DNA from: Escherichia coli
GTDB lineage: Bacteria > Pseudomonadota > Gammaproteobacteria > Enterobacterales > Enterobacteriaceae
Length of the DNA: 52,276 nucleotides
Strand: one strand, 5' to 3'
Assembly: GCA_011600865.1 (NCBI GenBank)
Contig: GCA_011600865.1_4890.1
A model generated the notes under the pieces. The model saw only the letters and a program-made list of their open reading frames with translations, searched no databases and had not been told where the DNA came from. Each line of letters starts with the position of its first letter. Positions within the stretch are counted from its first letter, which is position 1. Below are positions 1 through 9,169 of the stretch, one piece after another. The position numbers and the translations under genes are program-made.

Positions 1-77
1 TTAAGTGCACTTAATTCGAAAAACACGGTTTATTTATTCCATAACTAGTCTACCGGAGCAAAAAGAGTATATAAAAT

Positions 78-109
78 AAGGGCTTACGTATTTTACTACA
101 TAAGCCCTT
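78..109 (-). terminator. Putative intrinsic terminator after the primase/helicase gene
   Basis: 9 bp inverted repeat aagggctta (78-86) / taagccctt (101-109) right after the minus-strand stop at 114; the flanking sequence is U-rich on the minus-strand transcript. The 14 nt loop is unusually large. Confidence 0.35.
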
Positions 110-113
110 GATT

Positions 114-2648
114 TTACTTAAGTTTCTTGGCTTCGTCGTATCCCCGTTCGGTTAAACAGTAGATATTTGCCGATTTCCCTCTTGTGGGTTTGTATATTTG
201 GACTGCTAAATAGTCCTGGTCAATCATATCCTGTAGCATACCGTCAATAACCTTGTTATTTGCGGTTATGTTAAAGCCGTAATTGGACTTGAACCAACTT
301 AATGATTGCCGGATAGCATATATGCTAAGCCCGTTCATTTTCAGATGGTCTTCCCGTAAGCTTCTTACAACACCTTCAGGATAATGCTTGACTATGCCAG
401 ACCATCCTCTTTTTGTGTAAAGGGCCAAAATGTCCCTGTAGACTTTGAGGAAGCCGTCAACTACTTCGGCGTTGGTAGTCGGAGGTGCGACTATTCTGCT
501 TGTGTTGTTGACCCAGGCGGTTATACAACGAAGAACGTATTTGTAAGCCCATTCGATGTTGTCCCTGGTCATTACAGGAGCATCCCAGTTGTCGAGTAAG
601 CCAATCAGTGCTGCTATGTTGAACACATACTCACCCATTCGGCCCACAAAGGCGGATGCTACTTCGTTGTCCCTGTAATACTGGCGCATGTCATTAATAT
701 TGCACTGGTACTCGTACAGGAAGTCATCATCATCCGATTCGTCGTAAATAGGAATCGGGTCGTGCCTTAGTTTACCGTTAGGCGGGATAGCATTCACATA
801 AGCGATTGCTTCCAGCTTCTCAATCAGCTCCTTTGAAAAGGATGTACGGCGAATCTGCTGGCGTCGTCCTACTTTCTCAGGTTTGGCAAACTCCGCTCGC
901 TCATAGTTCGGAATGAACAGGAAGCGGGGCAAAAAGCCACTTGAGAAGTCTTGCTTCCGGGTGTTGTCAAGAATAAGCTCTTGAGTGGAGTCACCCAGGA
1001 TAGAGTAGCACGGTTCGCTTACTGTCCTGACATCATTGTCCGCATTAGCACGTTTGATACCTGTCAGTATACCACCAACCTTACGCTTGGTTGAAGCGTC
1101 CATCAGAGCTTTCTGGAAGTTGTCCGGGTTGTTAGGATTCATGCGTAAGCCTGAACCTAAAGCCAGACCAAACTCAGGGTAGAACAACTGGACTGAATGG
1201 TATGACGGGTTAGCCATCAGTTCAGCAAACGTCCTGGTTGCAAAAGTCTGTTCCCTTGGAATACGATTAAGGCTGATAGGCGATGTGTCAGGTAAACTTG
1301 CCTGGATTTGTGGGAACATTTCGGTATACAACGATTTACCGATTGATGAGCCACCCACAAGAATGATGTTGGTTACCAGGAAGTTAGCATGACCGCCTAC
1401 TGGACAAACATACTTGCGACCAGCGCAGTTGCTCAGGATGTTAAGAGCTGTGCCAATTGCATAGTCGTTAACCCTGTTAGCCGGAGATATGTTATCCTGT
1501 ATCTCAGCAATAAGCCGTTTAAACCCGGACGGGGCCGTCTTGACAAATACGTCAGATGGCAGAATATCATCGTTAACTTTGAACTCAACGTTCTCAGCCA
1601 GTGAGACACCTGAATTCTTGGTTAACTCTTTGTTGATGTCAAGAGCAAACTTGGTCTTAACGAATAAGCCGTCACGTTGCAGCTCTTTCAGCACAGTCTT
1701 ACCGACACGACTGAACCACTGATGATACTTGTCAACAGACAAGTTATGCCGGCTAGGACGACGACCTTCGTATGCTGCAGCTTTGCTGGCCATGAAGATG
1801 CGTTGTGTAACTTCATAGTTACGGGTTACACGAAGCAAGTCTTTTAAGATACGGCTTAAACGTTCAGAACCGTCGTTACTCACACCAACACCGTCTGGTG
1901 CGTGCTCGTTCAGATAGTGCTCTAAAGCCCAGCGAGTATTGTCGGCTAACTGTTCGTACAGCTCTTTGTCATACTCTTCGCCACGGTCTTCGTCTTGCTC
2001 AAACTCAACGTCAATATCAGGTGCGCTTGATTCAAGAAAGAACTTCTCAATTGCTGCATGCCATTCACGGGCTGAAACAGGATTAGCATTGAACTCACTC
2101 AATACATTGCCTGTCATTACCAGGAACATCTCAGCCTTCTGGATTTTGATGTCCAGCTGTTCGTCTTTCTCTTTAGATGTTGCTGCAGTCCATGGTAAAG
2201 GGATTGCAATGTGTTGCCCTTTGCCTGAGATTGACGTCTCGGCATAAGCACCACGAGTCCCTTCAATTATCGCCTTGTGGGTAGCTTCAATGTCTGGGTT
2301 ATCTTCATGGTTGTCCAGGTCAACAAAGTACCACTGGCGAGGAACAACCAAAGCCGGCACAAAGGTGATATTCCCCTGTACAGCTTTAATCTTCATTTCA
2401 CGGTTGCGAATACAACGTACCAGGGCGTCGTCGAAAGTCATCCACTCTTCAGGCACTGTTGTGCTGAAGGAACGGCCTGATGGCGCTCTTGCAGGTTTCT
2501 TCGGTTTGGATTGAACTTCAAGAGTCTCGTCTTCGTACGTCAGCTCAAAGATAGCCCAGCGCTTCATATCTTTGAAGACTTGGGGAATTCCTTCTGGCTT
2601 AAAGTATTTCAGACCGAGAATATCACTCGGCTGACTCGTCATTGTCAT
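114..2648 (-). CDS. DNA primase/helicase (primase-polymerase-like N-terminal region fused to a P-loop NTPase)
   Basis: 844 aa ORF. N-terminal part has an acidic YFVDLDNHED motif and SGKGQHIAIP (primase-like). C-terminal half has a Walker A-like GGSSIGKS P-loop. It heads the replication region. Confidence 0.7.
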   Translation of the reverse strand: MTMTSQPSDILGLKYFKPEGIPQVFKDMKRWAIFELTYEDETLEVQSKPKKPARAPSGRSFSTTVPEEWMTFDDALVRCIRNREMKIKAVQGNITFVPALVVPRQWYFVDLDNHEDNPDIEATHKAIIEGTRGAYAETSISGKGQHIAIPLPWTAATSKEKDEQLDIKIQKAEMFLVMTGNVLSEFNANPVSAREWHAAIEKFFLESSAPDIDVEFEQDEDRGEEYDKELYEQLADNTRWALEHYLNEHAPDGVGVSNDGSERLSRILKDLLRVTRNYEVTQRIFMASKAAAYEGRRPSRHNLSVDKYHQWFSRVGKTVLKELQRDGLFVKTKFALDINKELTKNSGVSLAENVEFKVNDDILPSDVFVKTAPSGFKRLIAEIQDNISPANRVNDYAIGTALNILSNCAGRKYVCPVGGHANFLVTNIILVGGSSIGKSLYTEMFPQIQASLPDTSPISLNRIPREQTFATRTFAELMANPSYHSVQLFYPEFGLALGSGLRMNPNNPDNFQKALMDASTKRKVGGILTGIKRANADNDVRTVSEPCYSILGDSTQELILDNTRKQDFSSGFLPRFLFIPNYERAEFAKPEKVGRRQQIRRTSFSKELIEKLEAIAYVNAIPPNGKLRHDPIPIYDESDDDDFLYEYQCNINDMRQYYRDNEVASAFVGRMGEYVFNIAALIGLLDNWDAPVMTRDNIEWAYKYVLRCITAWVNNTSRIVAPPTTNAEVVDGFLKVYRDILALYTKRGWSGIVKHYPEGVVRSLREDHLKMNGLSIYAIRQSLSWFKSNYGFNITANNKVIDGMLQDMIDQDYLAVQIYKPTRGKSANIYCLTERGYDEAKKLK

Positions 2649-2955
2649 TGCTGGTTACCTTAGAAGTTGGCTTGTAGTAATAAGATGATTCAGTGTGTTG
2701 ACGTATTGTCAAATAGCCTTCCTCTACAAGTCGGTCAAGACCTTCCTTGATTTTAGCCCGGGCTGCTTCGGGGTCTTTATAATACTCCGCTGCAGGTACG
2801 AGTGTTAGTGGTGATTTAGTAAAGTAGCGAGTTGGTAACTCTTTATTGAACAGGCCGACTTTTGTGATACCGCGTTGCTTGCAGGCATATTCATTGCCTT
2901 CAGCGAGTAGCTTAATACCGTTGCGAATATGCCGCAACAGTTTTGGCTTTATCAT
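2623..2955 (-). CDS. Hypothetical protein, possible small DNA-binding regulator
   Basis: 110 aa basic ORF just upstream of, and overlapping by 26 nt, the primase/helicase start; read from the divergent AT-rich promoter region near 3000. Confidence 0.45.
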   Translation of the reverse strand: MIKPKLLRHIRNGIKLLAEGNEYACKQRGITKVGLFNKELPTRYFTKSPLTLVPAAEYYKDPEAARAKIKEGLDRLVEEGYLTIRQHTESSYYYKPTSKVTSNDNDESAE

Positions 2956-3048
2956 TGAGTCTCTCCTCTTGTTTGTGGGGCTCTCATTATATACACGTTA
3001 TTAAGCCAGAGTAAATAGACTTTTATGTATTTTATACATTTATATCTA

Positions 3049-3077
3049 TTTACTTTCCCCTCCTTTATATACATAAT
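3049..3077 (+). promoter_or_regulatory. Sigma70-like promoter for the first plus-strand early gene
   Basis: TTTACT (3049-3054), 17 nt spacer, CATAAT (3072-3077), about 30 nt upstream of the ATG at 3109. Confidence 0.4.
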
Positions 3078-3108
3078 AGACGTACATTCTGCTAAGGAGA
3101 TACAACCA

Positions 3109-3546
3109 ATGTTTCACACACTCAAGACCTTTCAGGGCGTCAGTCCTAATACCGACGAACAAGTAATTGTACAGCACTTTGTTACATTCAGAACCAGCGA
3201 CATCGTTGACATCAGCGTTGTTGTGCACAATGATGTTGCTGAAACTGTGTATCTTACTTTGCGCGGCACCCAGGACGAAGACGGCGCACCACCTTGCATG
3301 ACATTCCACCGTGACGGTCATACTGAAGCTGTTGAAGCGCTGGTTGCATTGCGTGATGCACTTCATATTACACCTACTTACTTCACTGACAATGACGGTA
3401 GCTTGTTCCCGTACAGCAACGTCATGTATGTCAACATCAAAACACGGACCATGCACCTGGTGAATGGTGTTGCTATCGCACTCACCAAAGCCGAGTTTGA
3501 CCGGTTCTATGACGAGTATCGTAACTGGATGGACTTATATAAATAG
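3109..3546 (+). CDS. Hypothetical protein
   Basis: In-frame ATG at 3109 preceded by AAGGAGA (3094-3100); the ORF-track start at 3025 lies inside the promoter region and has no RBS. 145 aa. Confidence 0.6.
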   Translation: MFHTLKTFQGVSPNTDEQVIVQHFVTFRTSDIVDISVVVHNDVAETVYLTLRGTQDEDGAPPCMTFHRDGHTEAVEALVALRDALHITPTYFTDNDGSLFPYSNVMYVNIKTRTMHLVNGVAIALTKAEFDRFYDEYRNWMDLYK

Positions 3547-3556
3547 GAGTAATTAA

Positions 3557-3925
3557 GTGAGTAATCAACCAGCTATGTCGTTAGTGTACCAGGCACCAGC
3601 TAAGACTGGTGAGTTTGCCGGTACCATTCACGTAATCCACGCGGAAGAAATCATCAGCATTGCATTCGTGGAAAAAACAAAGAAAGAAAAAGCTTTACGC
3701 GTCACCACTAAAAGTGGTATAATAGACATAACGGATATTGTTGCGGGCCAAGCCCTACGTACAATGTTCAATAACTATTGCGTACTGATCGGTGCAACTA
3801 TGCACATGCAACCTGAGGAAACAACTGATGGCACTGACCCCACAAGAACTGGAATCGATGGACACGGAACAGCTGTACGACAAGCTAGCGAATCTGAACC
3901 GCTGGATGGCGCAAGCGAAAGCTGA
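3557..3925 (+). CDS. Hypothetical protein
   Basis: GTG start at 3557 preceded by AGGAG (3546-3550). The 3' end overlaps the next gene by about 98 nt, so the extent is uncertain. Confidence 0.45.
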   Translation: MSNQPAMSLVYQAPAKTGEFAGTIHVIHAEEIISIAFVEKTKKEKALRVTTKSGIIDITDIVAGQALRTMFNNYCVLIGATMHMQPEETTDGTDPTRTGIDGHGTAVRQASESEPLDGASES

Positions 3926-4268
3926 CCAGGAGACATTGCGCCGGACCATTAAAGCACGTCTTGAACGTGACATGATTATCAACCGCGGTAAAGAAGGTAC
4001 ACAAACGGTTGAGTTCAGCATGCATGGCGTACCTGGTAAACTCAAGGTTGAGCAGAAGGTTAACCGCTCACTTGCTCAGAAGCTCGTGCCTGACGTAATG
4101 AAGAAGTTACCGAAGGCTGTTGTTGCCAAGCTGTTTAAAACCAAGTATGAAATGTCAGTTACTGCATACCGTAACCTGACACCAGAACAGCTGGCTATCG
4201 TCGACCCTGTTGTGAAGACTTCACCAGGTATTCCGACTGTAACATTCACACCGGCAGATACGGAATAA
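3828..4268 (+). CDS. Hypothetical protein
   Basis: ATG at 3828 with GAGGAA RBS 8 nt upstream; 146 aa; followed by a terminator hairpin. Confidence 0.55.
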   Translation: MALTPQELESMDTEQLYDKLANLNRWMAQAKADQETLRRTIKARLERDMIINRGKEGTQTVEFSMHGVPGKLKVEQKVNRSLAQKLVPDVMKKLPKAVVAKLFKTKYEMSVTAYRNLTPEQLAIVDPVVKTSPGIPTVTFTPADTE

Positions 4269-4283
4269 GCCGAGTAATTAAAC

Positions 4284-4311
4284 GGGGCTTAGCACAAGCC
4301 CCCTGACTTTT
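4284..4311 (+). terminator. Intrinsic terminator
   Basis: Stem ggggctt / aagcccc with loop agcac, followed by ctgactttt. Confidence 0.5.
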
Positions 4312-4321
4312 GGAGACTTTC

Positions 4322-4621
4322 ATGGTAAAGCATAACGGCAAGAAGTATAATGTTGAAGACCGTTACCGTCACCACCTCGGCATTCTCAAGTCAATTATGC
4401 GTACTGCAGGAATGGACGAGATGGAACCTCTTTGCAATATCCTTCCTCGTGTACGTCATATGGTACAGGATAATGTTGTGCTGAATAAAGCTATTGAGCA
4501 GGCACAGGCTGAGGGTGTTGCATTTATTCGTGTAACCCACAAAGATAATGGTATCAGCCTGGAAGTGGTTAACAGTCGTAACGTGGAGATCAAACGTGAG
4601 GATAGCTTATCTGATTCTTGA
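4322..4621 (+). CDS. Hypothetical protein
   Basis: ATG at 4322 with GGAG 6 nt upstream; 99 aa. Confidence 0.55.
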   Translation: MVKHNGKKYNVEDRYRHHLGILKSIMRTAGMDEMEPLCNILPRVRHMVQDNVVLNKAIEQAQAEGVAFIRVTHKDNGISLEVVNSRNVEIKREDSLSDS

Positions 4622-4689
4622 TGCCATACTCGTTGGGTGTGTGGTATACGGTTTGTACCTGGCAACACAAATAACGTGGTATATCATCC

Positions 4690-4992
4690 ATGGGCAATAA
4701 GCAGATGCATGTTATGTTTATGGGCAATCCTGGTCCGCATGACAAATGGCTGTTTGACAAGTTCAAAGAAAGTCTGATAGGCAAAGAGCTGGTTATTGAC
4801 TTTACTCCTGTTGAGAAAAGAGCGGCTGAAGTCTTTGGCTGTACAGGTAGTGCCCTCAGACCAGACTTTATCGTGGCCGACGATATTGTGGATAAGCCAA
4901 CAAAGAAAGAAGTCGGTACATATGCGGCCATGTTCGGCGTACCAAAGAAAACATATACCCCTCCACACAAACGTAAAGGTAAACGTAAATGA
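4690..4992 (+). CDS. Hypothetical protein
   Basis: 100 aa ORF with a basic C-terminus (KRKGKRK); start overlaps the next gene's start region. Confidence 0.5.
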   Translation: MGNKQMHVMFMGNPGPHDKWLFDKFKESLIGKELVIDFTPVEKRAAEVFGCTGSALRPDFIVADDIVDKPTKKEVGTYAAMFGVPKKTYTPPHKRKGKRK

Positions 4993-5279
4993 GCACTCTC
5001 GATTCTCGCGCTAAGCTGGCTAAGATTTGTAATGTGACTGTGAAGGAGTCATCTCTTCCGGAGCTCAAAGGTTGTCTCCTTTGCGGGTCAGGCTTCCAGC
5101 TTATCTGGGATCCGTATAAGAACAAGGACCAGGCTATGGATGTGCTAATCCATGCGGGTATCAACTTGCAGGTTAATGATACAGAAGTAGTCGCCAATGG
5201 TGAAGTGTTCCTGTTTGAGGACTACGACCGTGCTCATTATTGTTTGTGTGATGCTATTTGCACTTCTGCCTTAAAATAA
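4989..5279 (+). CDS. Hypothetical protein
   Basis: 96 aa ORF whose start overlaps the stop of the previous gene (coupled arrangement). Confidence 0.5.
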   Translation: MSTLDSRAKLAKICNVTVKESSLPELKGCLLCGSGFQLIWDPYKNKDQAMDVLIHAGINLQVNDTEVVANGEVFLFEDYDRAHYCLCDAICTSALK

Positions 5280-5393
5280 ATGTGTACGCCACCACTCACT
5301 AATGACATAATGTCTTTAACGGTTAAGCAATAAAGCACATGTGCAGGGAATGTCTCTGGCATACAATCAAACTGGTATACAAGGAAACAAGAA

Positions 5394-6302
5394 ATGACTA
5401 CAGTATTTGACCGCAGCTGTAAAGCACACGAAGCTCTGGGTTTTGTTATCTGTGTTGACGAGGGAAACACCTCTCTGCTAACGCAGGGCAAAGTGTATGC
5501 CAACCTCGGTACTTTCGGCGGTGCGTACGATAACTTATGGGTAATTGACGACCGTGGTCTGAAGCAGAACTTCAGTGTTGACCGTTTCGCTAAGTATGAA
5601 TCTGAAAAACACAACTGGGGCATCGCCCGCCGTTCTTATGCTAACCTGAAAGAAGGTAAGCTGTATCGTGTTGAGAAGAATCGTCCGGGCGTTCGTTCGC
5701 TGGATGGCACTAATCAGATTGCATGCATGGATGAGACTGGTAACTGGCTGACGTACAATGAAGACGTCTTCCGTCTGTGCCGTCCGTCTCATTCCGAACA
5801 GTACATGGTTGCTAAGCTCAAAGCGGCTGCACCTGTCAAGAACACTGCAATCAACTTCAAAGTTGAGGAAGAAGTTATTGCTGACGACAAGCTGAAGTTT
5901 GTAGGTGTTAAGTTTGAACCGAATGGCCGTGTGTACACTTACAAGTACATCGGCAAAGTAAGTGTAGGTGACAAAGCGGTTGTTGACGTTCGCAATGTTA
6001 ATTATCCGGAGCTGAACGGTACCAAGCTCGTTGATGTTGTGTCTGTAAGTGCAGCCAATACTTCCGGCTATAACACTGCAACTCTCAAATGGCTGGTTGA
6101 TGTACCTGATTTTAACAAGTATCAGCGCCGTCAGCAGGTTGAAGACTTACTGCGTGAAGCAACAGCACGCCTAGACCTTGAAGTTGAGAAAGAGCTGGAA
6201 CGTCGTCGTCAGTCAGTTGTTGCAGACCTGGCAGCATCTAACCCTGACATCAAAGCACTGCTCGATGGTATCGCTGCGCTGAAAGCAGAACTACTGCAAT
6301 AA
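5394..6302 (+). CDS. Hypothetical protein
   Basis: 302 aa ORF with a coiled-coil-like acidic/basic C-terminus; no motif I recognise. Confidence 0.65.
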   Translation: MTTVFDRSCKAHEALGFVICVDEGNTSLLTQGKVYANLGTFGGAYDNLWVIDDRGLKQNFSVDRFAKYESEKHNWGIARRSYANLKEGKLYRVEKNRPGVRSLDGTNQIACMDETGNWLTYNEDVFRLCRPSHSEQYMVAKLKAAAPVKNTAINFKVEEEVIADDKLKFVGVKFEPNGRVYTYKYIGKVSVGDKAVVDVRNVNYPELNGTKLVDVVSVSAANTSGYNTATLKWLVDVPDFNKYQRRQQVEDLLREATARLDLEVEKELERRRQSVVADLAASNPDIKALLDGIAALKAELLQ

Positions 6303-6306
6303 CTTT

Positions 6307-6324
6307 GGCGGGTAAAAGCCCGCC
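6307..6324 (+). terminator. Terminator-like hairpin
   Basis: ggcggg / cccgcc stem with loop taaaag directly after the stop at 6302; weak U-tract. Confidence 0.3.
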
Positions 6325-6347
6325 AGTCTTCCTCCCTGGAGAGTACT

Positions 6348-6794
6348 ATGGACCTGTTCAAAACTAAATATATTGTTTATAAAGCGCCAACTACTGAAGA
6401 GCATAACGTTGTGTATGCTGTTGATGTGCTAAACGTCAATGCCTTCTTCTCTTGTCGTTTCTTTATCAGTACAAAGGCACGTGCTGACCTCAAAACAGAG
6501 CTTACAGAACGTGTCGTGCACGGTATTGTTAACAGCGACGAGTTCCGTAACTTCTGGAGTAATAACGGCGTTGAGCTTCCGTCACGCGAGGATGGTAATC
6601 TTACTGTTGTACGTGTTGACAAGGCGCACAAACAACTATTTACGTTCAACGTATACAGTGACCATATGAAAGGCGTAACCATCCCATTGTGGGTAGAAGC
6701 ATACAATGAAGAGCATGCAGGAGTATTACTTGACGGAGTTATAGCTAATCTCGGTTTGTCGCGGTTATCGTGTCAAGCTGTTCGTGTAAAATAG
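6348..6794 (+). CDS. Hypothetical protein
   Basis: 148 aa ORF with an RBS-like GGAGAG upstream. Confidence 0.6.
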   Translation: MDLFKTKYIVYKAPTTEEHNVVYAVDVLNVNAFFSCRFFISTKARADLKTELTERVVHGIVNSDEFRNFWSNNGVELPSREDGNLTVVRVDKAHKQLFTFNVYSDHMKGVTIPLWVEAYNEEHAGVLLDGVIANLGLSRLSCQAVRVK

Positions 6795-6795
6795 T

Positions 6796-6828
6796 AGTGT
6801 ACATATCACATGTAAGTGGTGTATAATA
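6796..6828 (+). promoter_or_regulatory. Extended -10 promoter (shared AGTGGT-TATAAT motif)
   Basis: taagtggtgtataatat with TATAAT at 6823-6828; the same motif recurs upstream of genes at 8077, 10090 and 13221. Confidence 0.4.
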
Positions 6829-6854
6829 TACTCATACACATGAGGAGAGAGAAT

Positions 6855-7085
6855 ATGAGCATCCAAACTATCGAACAATTTCGTTCAACACGTAAGCTTG
6901 TTGCAAAAGATAACTGCGATTTATGGACATATGGCGTTCATCATGACTGGCACATCGTCGAGTCATTTGATGAACCCACAACGTACTCCGTCTGTGGCGA
7001 GGAGTTCGACACTCTGGAAGAAGCCGAAGAAGCTCTTTACCGTATGTATTGCGATGAGGAATCACTTTACGAGGACTACCATTAA
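6855..7085 (+). CDS. Hypothetical protein
   Basis: ATG at 6855 preceded by GAGGAGAGAG; 76 aa, acidic. Confidence 0.55.
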   Translation: MSIQTIEQFRSTRKLVAKDNCDLWTYGVHHDWHIVESFDEPTTYSVCGEEFDTLEEAEEALYRMYCDEESLYEDYH

Positions 7086-7969
7086 TGGTTCAGATTGTAT
7101 CTACTAAACAAGCCGTAGAAAATAAGCGACCTAAGGTCGCTATTTACGGCGCATCAGGTGTTGGTAAAACCACCCTGGCTAAGACCTTGCCTCATGACAA
7201 GGTTCTTGTCATTAACGCCGAAGGCGGTTTGATGTCAATTGCAGACGCTGACATTGACTCTACGCCAATTAATACGTTCAACGACATTCTGGCGTTGTAC
7301 AAATGGCTTACCGAAAGTAAGGATGCGCAGAAGTATGAGCATCTGATTTTCGACTCGCTGTCAGATGTGGCTGAAGTTTGTCTGGACTATGAGAAGTCGC
7401 AGGTTAACGACAAACGACAGGCATATGGTAACACCAACGACAAGATGATGTATATCATGCGCCAGTTCCGTGACTTGCCTTTCAGCGTTGCATACCTGTG
7501 CAAGCTTGAGAAGAACAAGGACGAGGTTACTGGTGCAATGTTGTACTCACCTCTTATGCCAGGTCAGCAGCTACCTAAACAGTTGCCGTATCTTATGGAT
7601 GCGGTACTTGCTTTACGTATGACTGCACCAGACGCCAACGGCAACAGCGAACGTTATATTCAGACACAACCTGACTATCAATGGGAAGCTAAGTGTCGTA
7701 ACGCACCAGGGCGTGAACTGGATGCACGTGAGCCTGCAGATCTGGGCTGGATTTATGATAAGCTACAAGGCTATCATCCTTACCAGCTGTGGTATTACCA
7801 CCCGGAGTCAGACAGCTACCTGCTTCTGACTGGTCGAGCTGCAGAACAAATGCAGAACGACGACCCGAATGTGCAACTCACTAAAATCGGTTCAGACGAA
7901 TCGAAAGAGAAGCACCAAGCCTGGATGGCGAAGAAAGCTGCTCAAGCTGAAAAAGAATCCGGCGAATAA
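7085..7969 (+). CDS. AAA/RecA-like ATPase (Sak4-like recombination protein)
   Basis: Walker A GASGVGKTT near the N-terminus and a hydrophobic stretch ending in D (LIFDSLSD, Walker B-like); sits next to SSB-like and exonuclease genes. Confidence 0.6.
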   Translation: MVQIVSTKQAVENKRPKVAIYGASGVGKTTLAKTLPHDKVLVINAEGGLMSIADADIDSTPINTFNDILALYKWLTESKDAQKYEHLIFDSLSDVAEVCLDYEKSQVNDKRQAYGNTNDKMMYIMRQFRDLPFSVAYLCKLEKNKDEVTGAMLYSPLMPGQQLPKQLPYLMDAVLALRMTAPDANGNSERYIQTQPDYQWEAKCRNAPGRELDAREPADLGWIYDKLQGYHPYQLWYYHPESDSYLLLTGRAAEQMQNDDPNVQLTKIGSDESKEKHQAWMAKKAAQAEKESGE

Positions 7970-7974
7970 AAGTG

Positions 7975-8004
7975 TTTACGCCATGATAAAAAGTGGCGTA
8001 TAAT
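7975..8004 (+). promoter_or_regulatory. Sigma70-like promoter
   Basis: TTTACG (7975-7980), 18 nt spacer containing AAGTGGCG, TATAAT (7999-8004). Confidence 0.45.
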
Positions 8005-8076
8005 AAGCATCACGGCCGAACGCTGCCGGTAAAGCGTTAAACGAAACTAAACTAAACTTAAACAGGATACCAAACA

Positions 8077-8622
8077 ATGGCTGAATTAAACTTCAACAGC
8101 TCTACCGTCGAACCGCAACAGTCTTTTGACCCAATCCCGAAAGGCTGGTACAACTTCATGATTGAAGAGGTTGAGCTGAAGCCGACTAAAGCAGGTACCG
8201 GTTCTTATCTGTCCCTGCGTTTGAAAGTGCAGGAAGGTGAGTTCGCTAACCGTGTTGTGTTTGACATGATTACTTACTCCAACCCTAACGCACAAGCTGT
8301 TGAAATCGGTCATCGCAAACTGTCTGCATTGTGCCGTGCTCTGGGTATTGTTGAACTGACTTCTACTGGCCTGCTGGAAAACCGTATCGTAGCTGGTAAA
8401 GTAGGTATTCGCGTTGACAAGACCGGTGAGTACGACCCACAGAACGATATTCGCGAATACAAAGCGTCAACTGAAGCAACTACTGCAGTAGGTGGTCAGT
8501 CTCAAGCAACTGCATCGACGACGAAGAAAGTAGGTGCAGGTGCGGGTACTTCAACGAAGGCGAATGCTACTGCAACGGCGCCTGGTGCTGATGATGGTGA
8601 AGCAGCTCCTTGGGAAGAGTAA
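8077..8622 (+). CDS. Putative single-stranded DNA-binding protein (DUF669-like partner of Sak4)
   Basis: 181 aa with a low-complexity Ala/Thr/Gly linker and an acidic C-terminal tail (DDGEAAPWEE), as SSB tails typically are; adjacent to the Sak4-like ATPase. Confidence 0.4.
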   Translation: MAELNFNSSTVEPQQSFDPIPKGWYNFMIEEVELKPTKAGTGSYLSLRLKVQEGEFANRVVFDMITYSNPNAQAVEIGHRKLSALCRALGIVELTSTGLLENRIVAGKVGIRVDKTGEYDPQNDIREYKASTEATTAVGGQSQATASTTKKVGAGAGTSTKANATATAPGADDGEAAPWEE

Positions 8623-8644
8623 TCCCTGCCGAGTAGATATTCAA

Positions 8645-8668
8645 TAGGGGCTTCGGCCCCTATTTTCG
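8645..8668 (+). terminator. Intrinsic terminator
   Basis: taggggc / gccccta stem with a ttcg tetraloop, followed by ttttcg. Confidence 0.55.
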
Positions 8669-8683
8669 TATACGGAGACTACC

Positions 8684-9169
8684 ATGCAAAAGAAGAAGAT
8701 GGACAAGTGGGACAAGCGCTTTATGCGCATAGCTTGTGAAGTTGCAAGCTGGTCTAAGGACCCGAAACGCCAAGTTGGTAGCGTTCTTGTAGACCAGAAC
8801 AAGCGTATTATTTCCACTGGATATAACGGCTTACCTACGCAGTTAGACTCTATAAGAATAGTGCCTAATAGCCTCAAGAACGCTCTAACTATTCATAGCG
8901 AGATAAACACCTTAGCTAATATAAGGAGTGAGTTAGACACTCCTTCTTTAGGCCCGGTTACCATCTACATAACCTACCCGCCGTGCGAACATTGTGCTGA
9001 CATGCTGATAGCCAACCTTAGCCTGGTACGTGTAGTTGCATTGGCACATACAGCTTCACAGTCCAAGTGGAAAGAGAGCATGGCAAATGCCGTCGCTCAT
9101 TTGTGGGCCCATAATATTGTATACGACGAATTCAGCATTGAGGAGTTTAATAATGCCCAGTCCGTTTGA
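8684..9169 (+). CDS. Deoxycytidylate (dCMP) deaminase
   Basis: CDA-fold zinc motifs HSE (HxE) and PCEHCA (PCxxC), plus the dCMP-deaminase-type N-terminal region VGSVLVDQNKRIISTGYNGLP. Confidence 0.85.
   Translation: MQKKKMDKWDKRFMRIACEVASWSKDPKRQVGSVLVDQNKRIISTGYNGLPTQLDSIRIVPNSLKNALTIHSEINTLANIRSELDTPSLGPVTIYITYPPCEHCADMLIANLSLVRVVALAHTASQSKWKESMANAVAHLWAHNIVYDEFSIEEFNNAQSV

Noticed and set aside
384-2514. Seven short plus-strand ORFs (62-102 aa) inside the primase/helicase gene
   Set aside because: All are antisense to the 844 aa ORF, lack RBS context and have low-complexity Ser/Cys-rich translations typical of shadow frames.
9036-9152. Upstream extension of the exonuclease ORF to the start at 9036
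   Set aside because: It would overlap the dCMP deaminase gene by more than 130 nt in another frame; the ATG at 9153 has a GAGGAG RBS and gives a plausible N-terminus.
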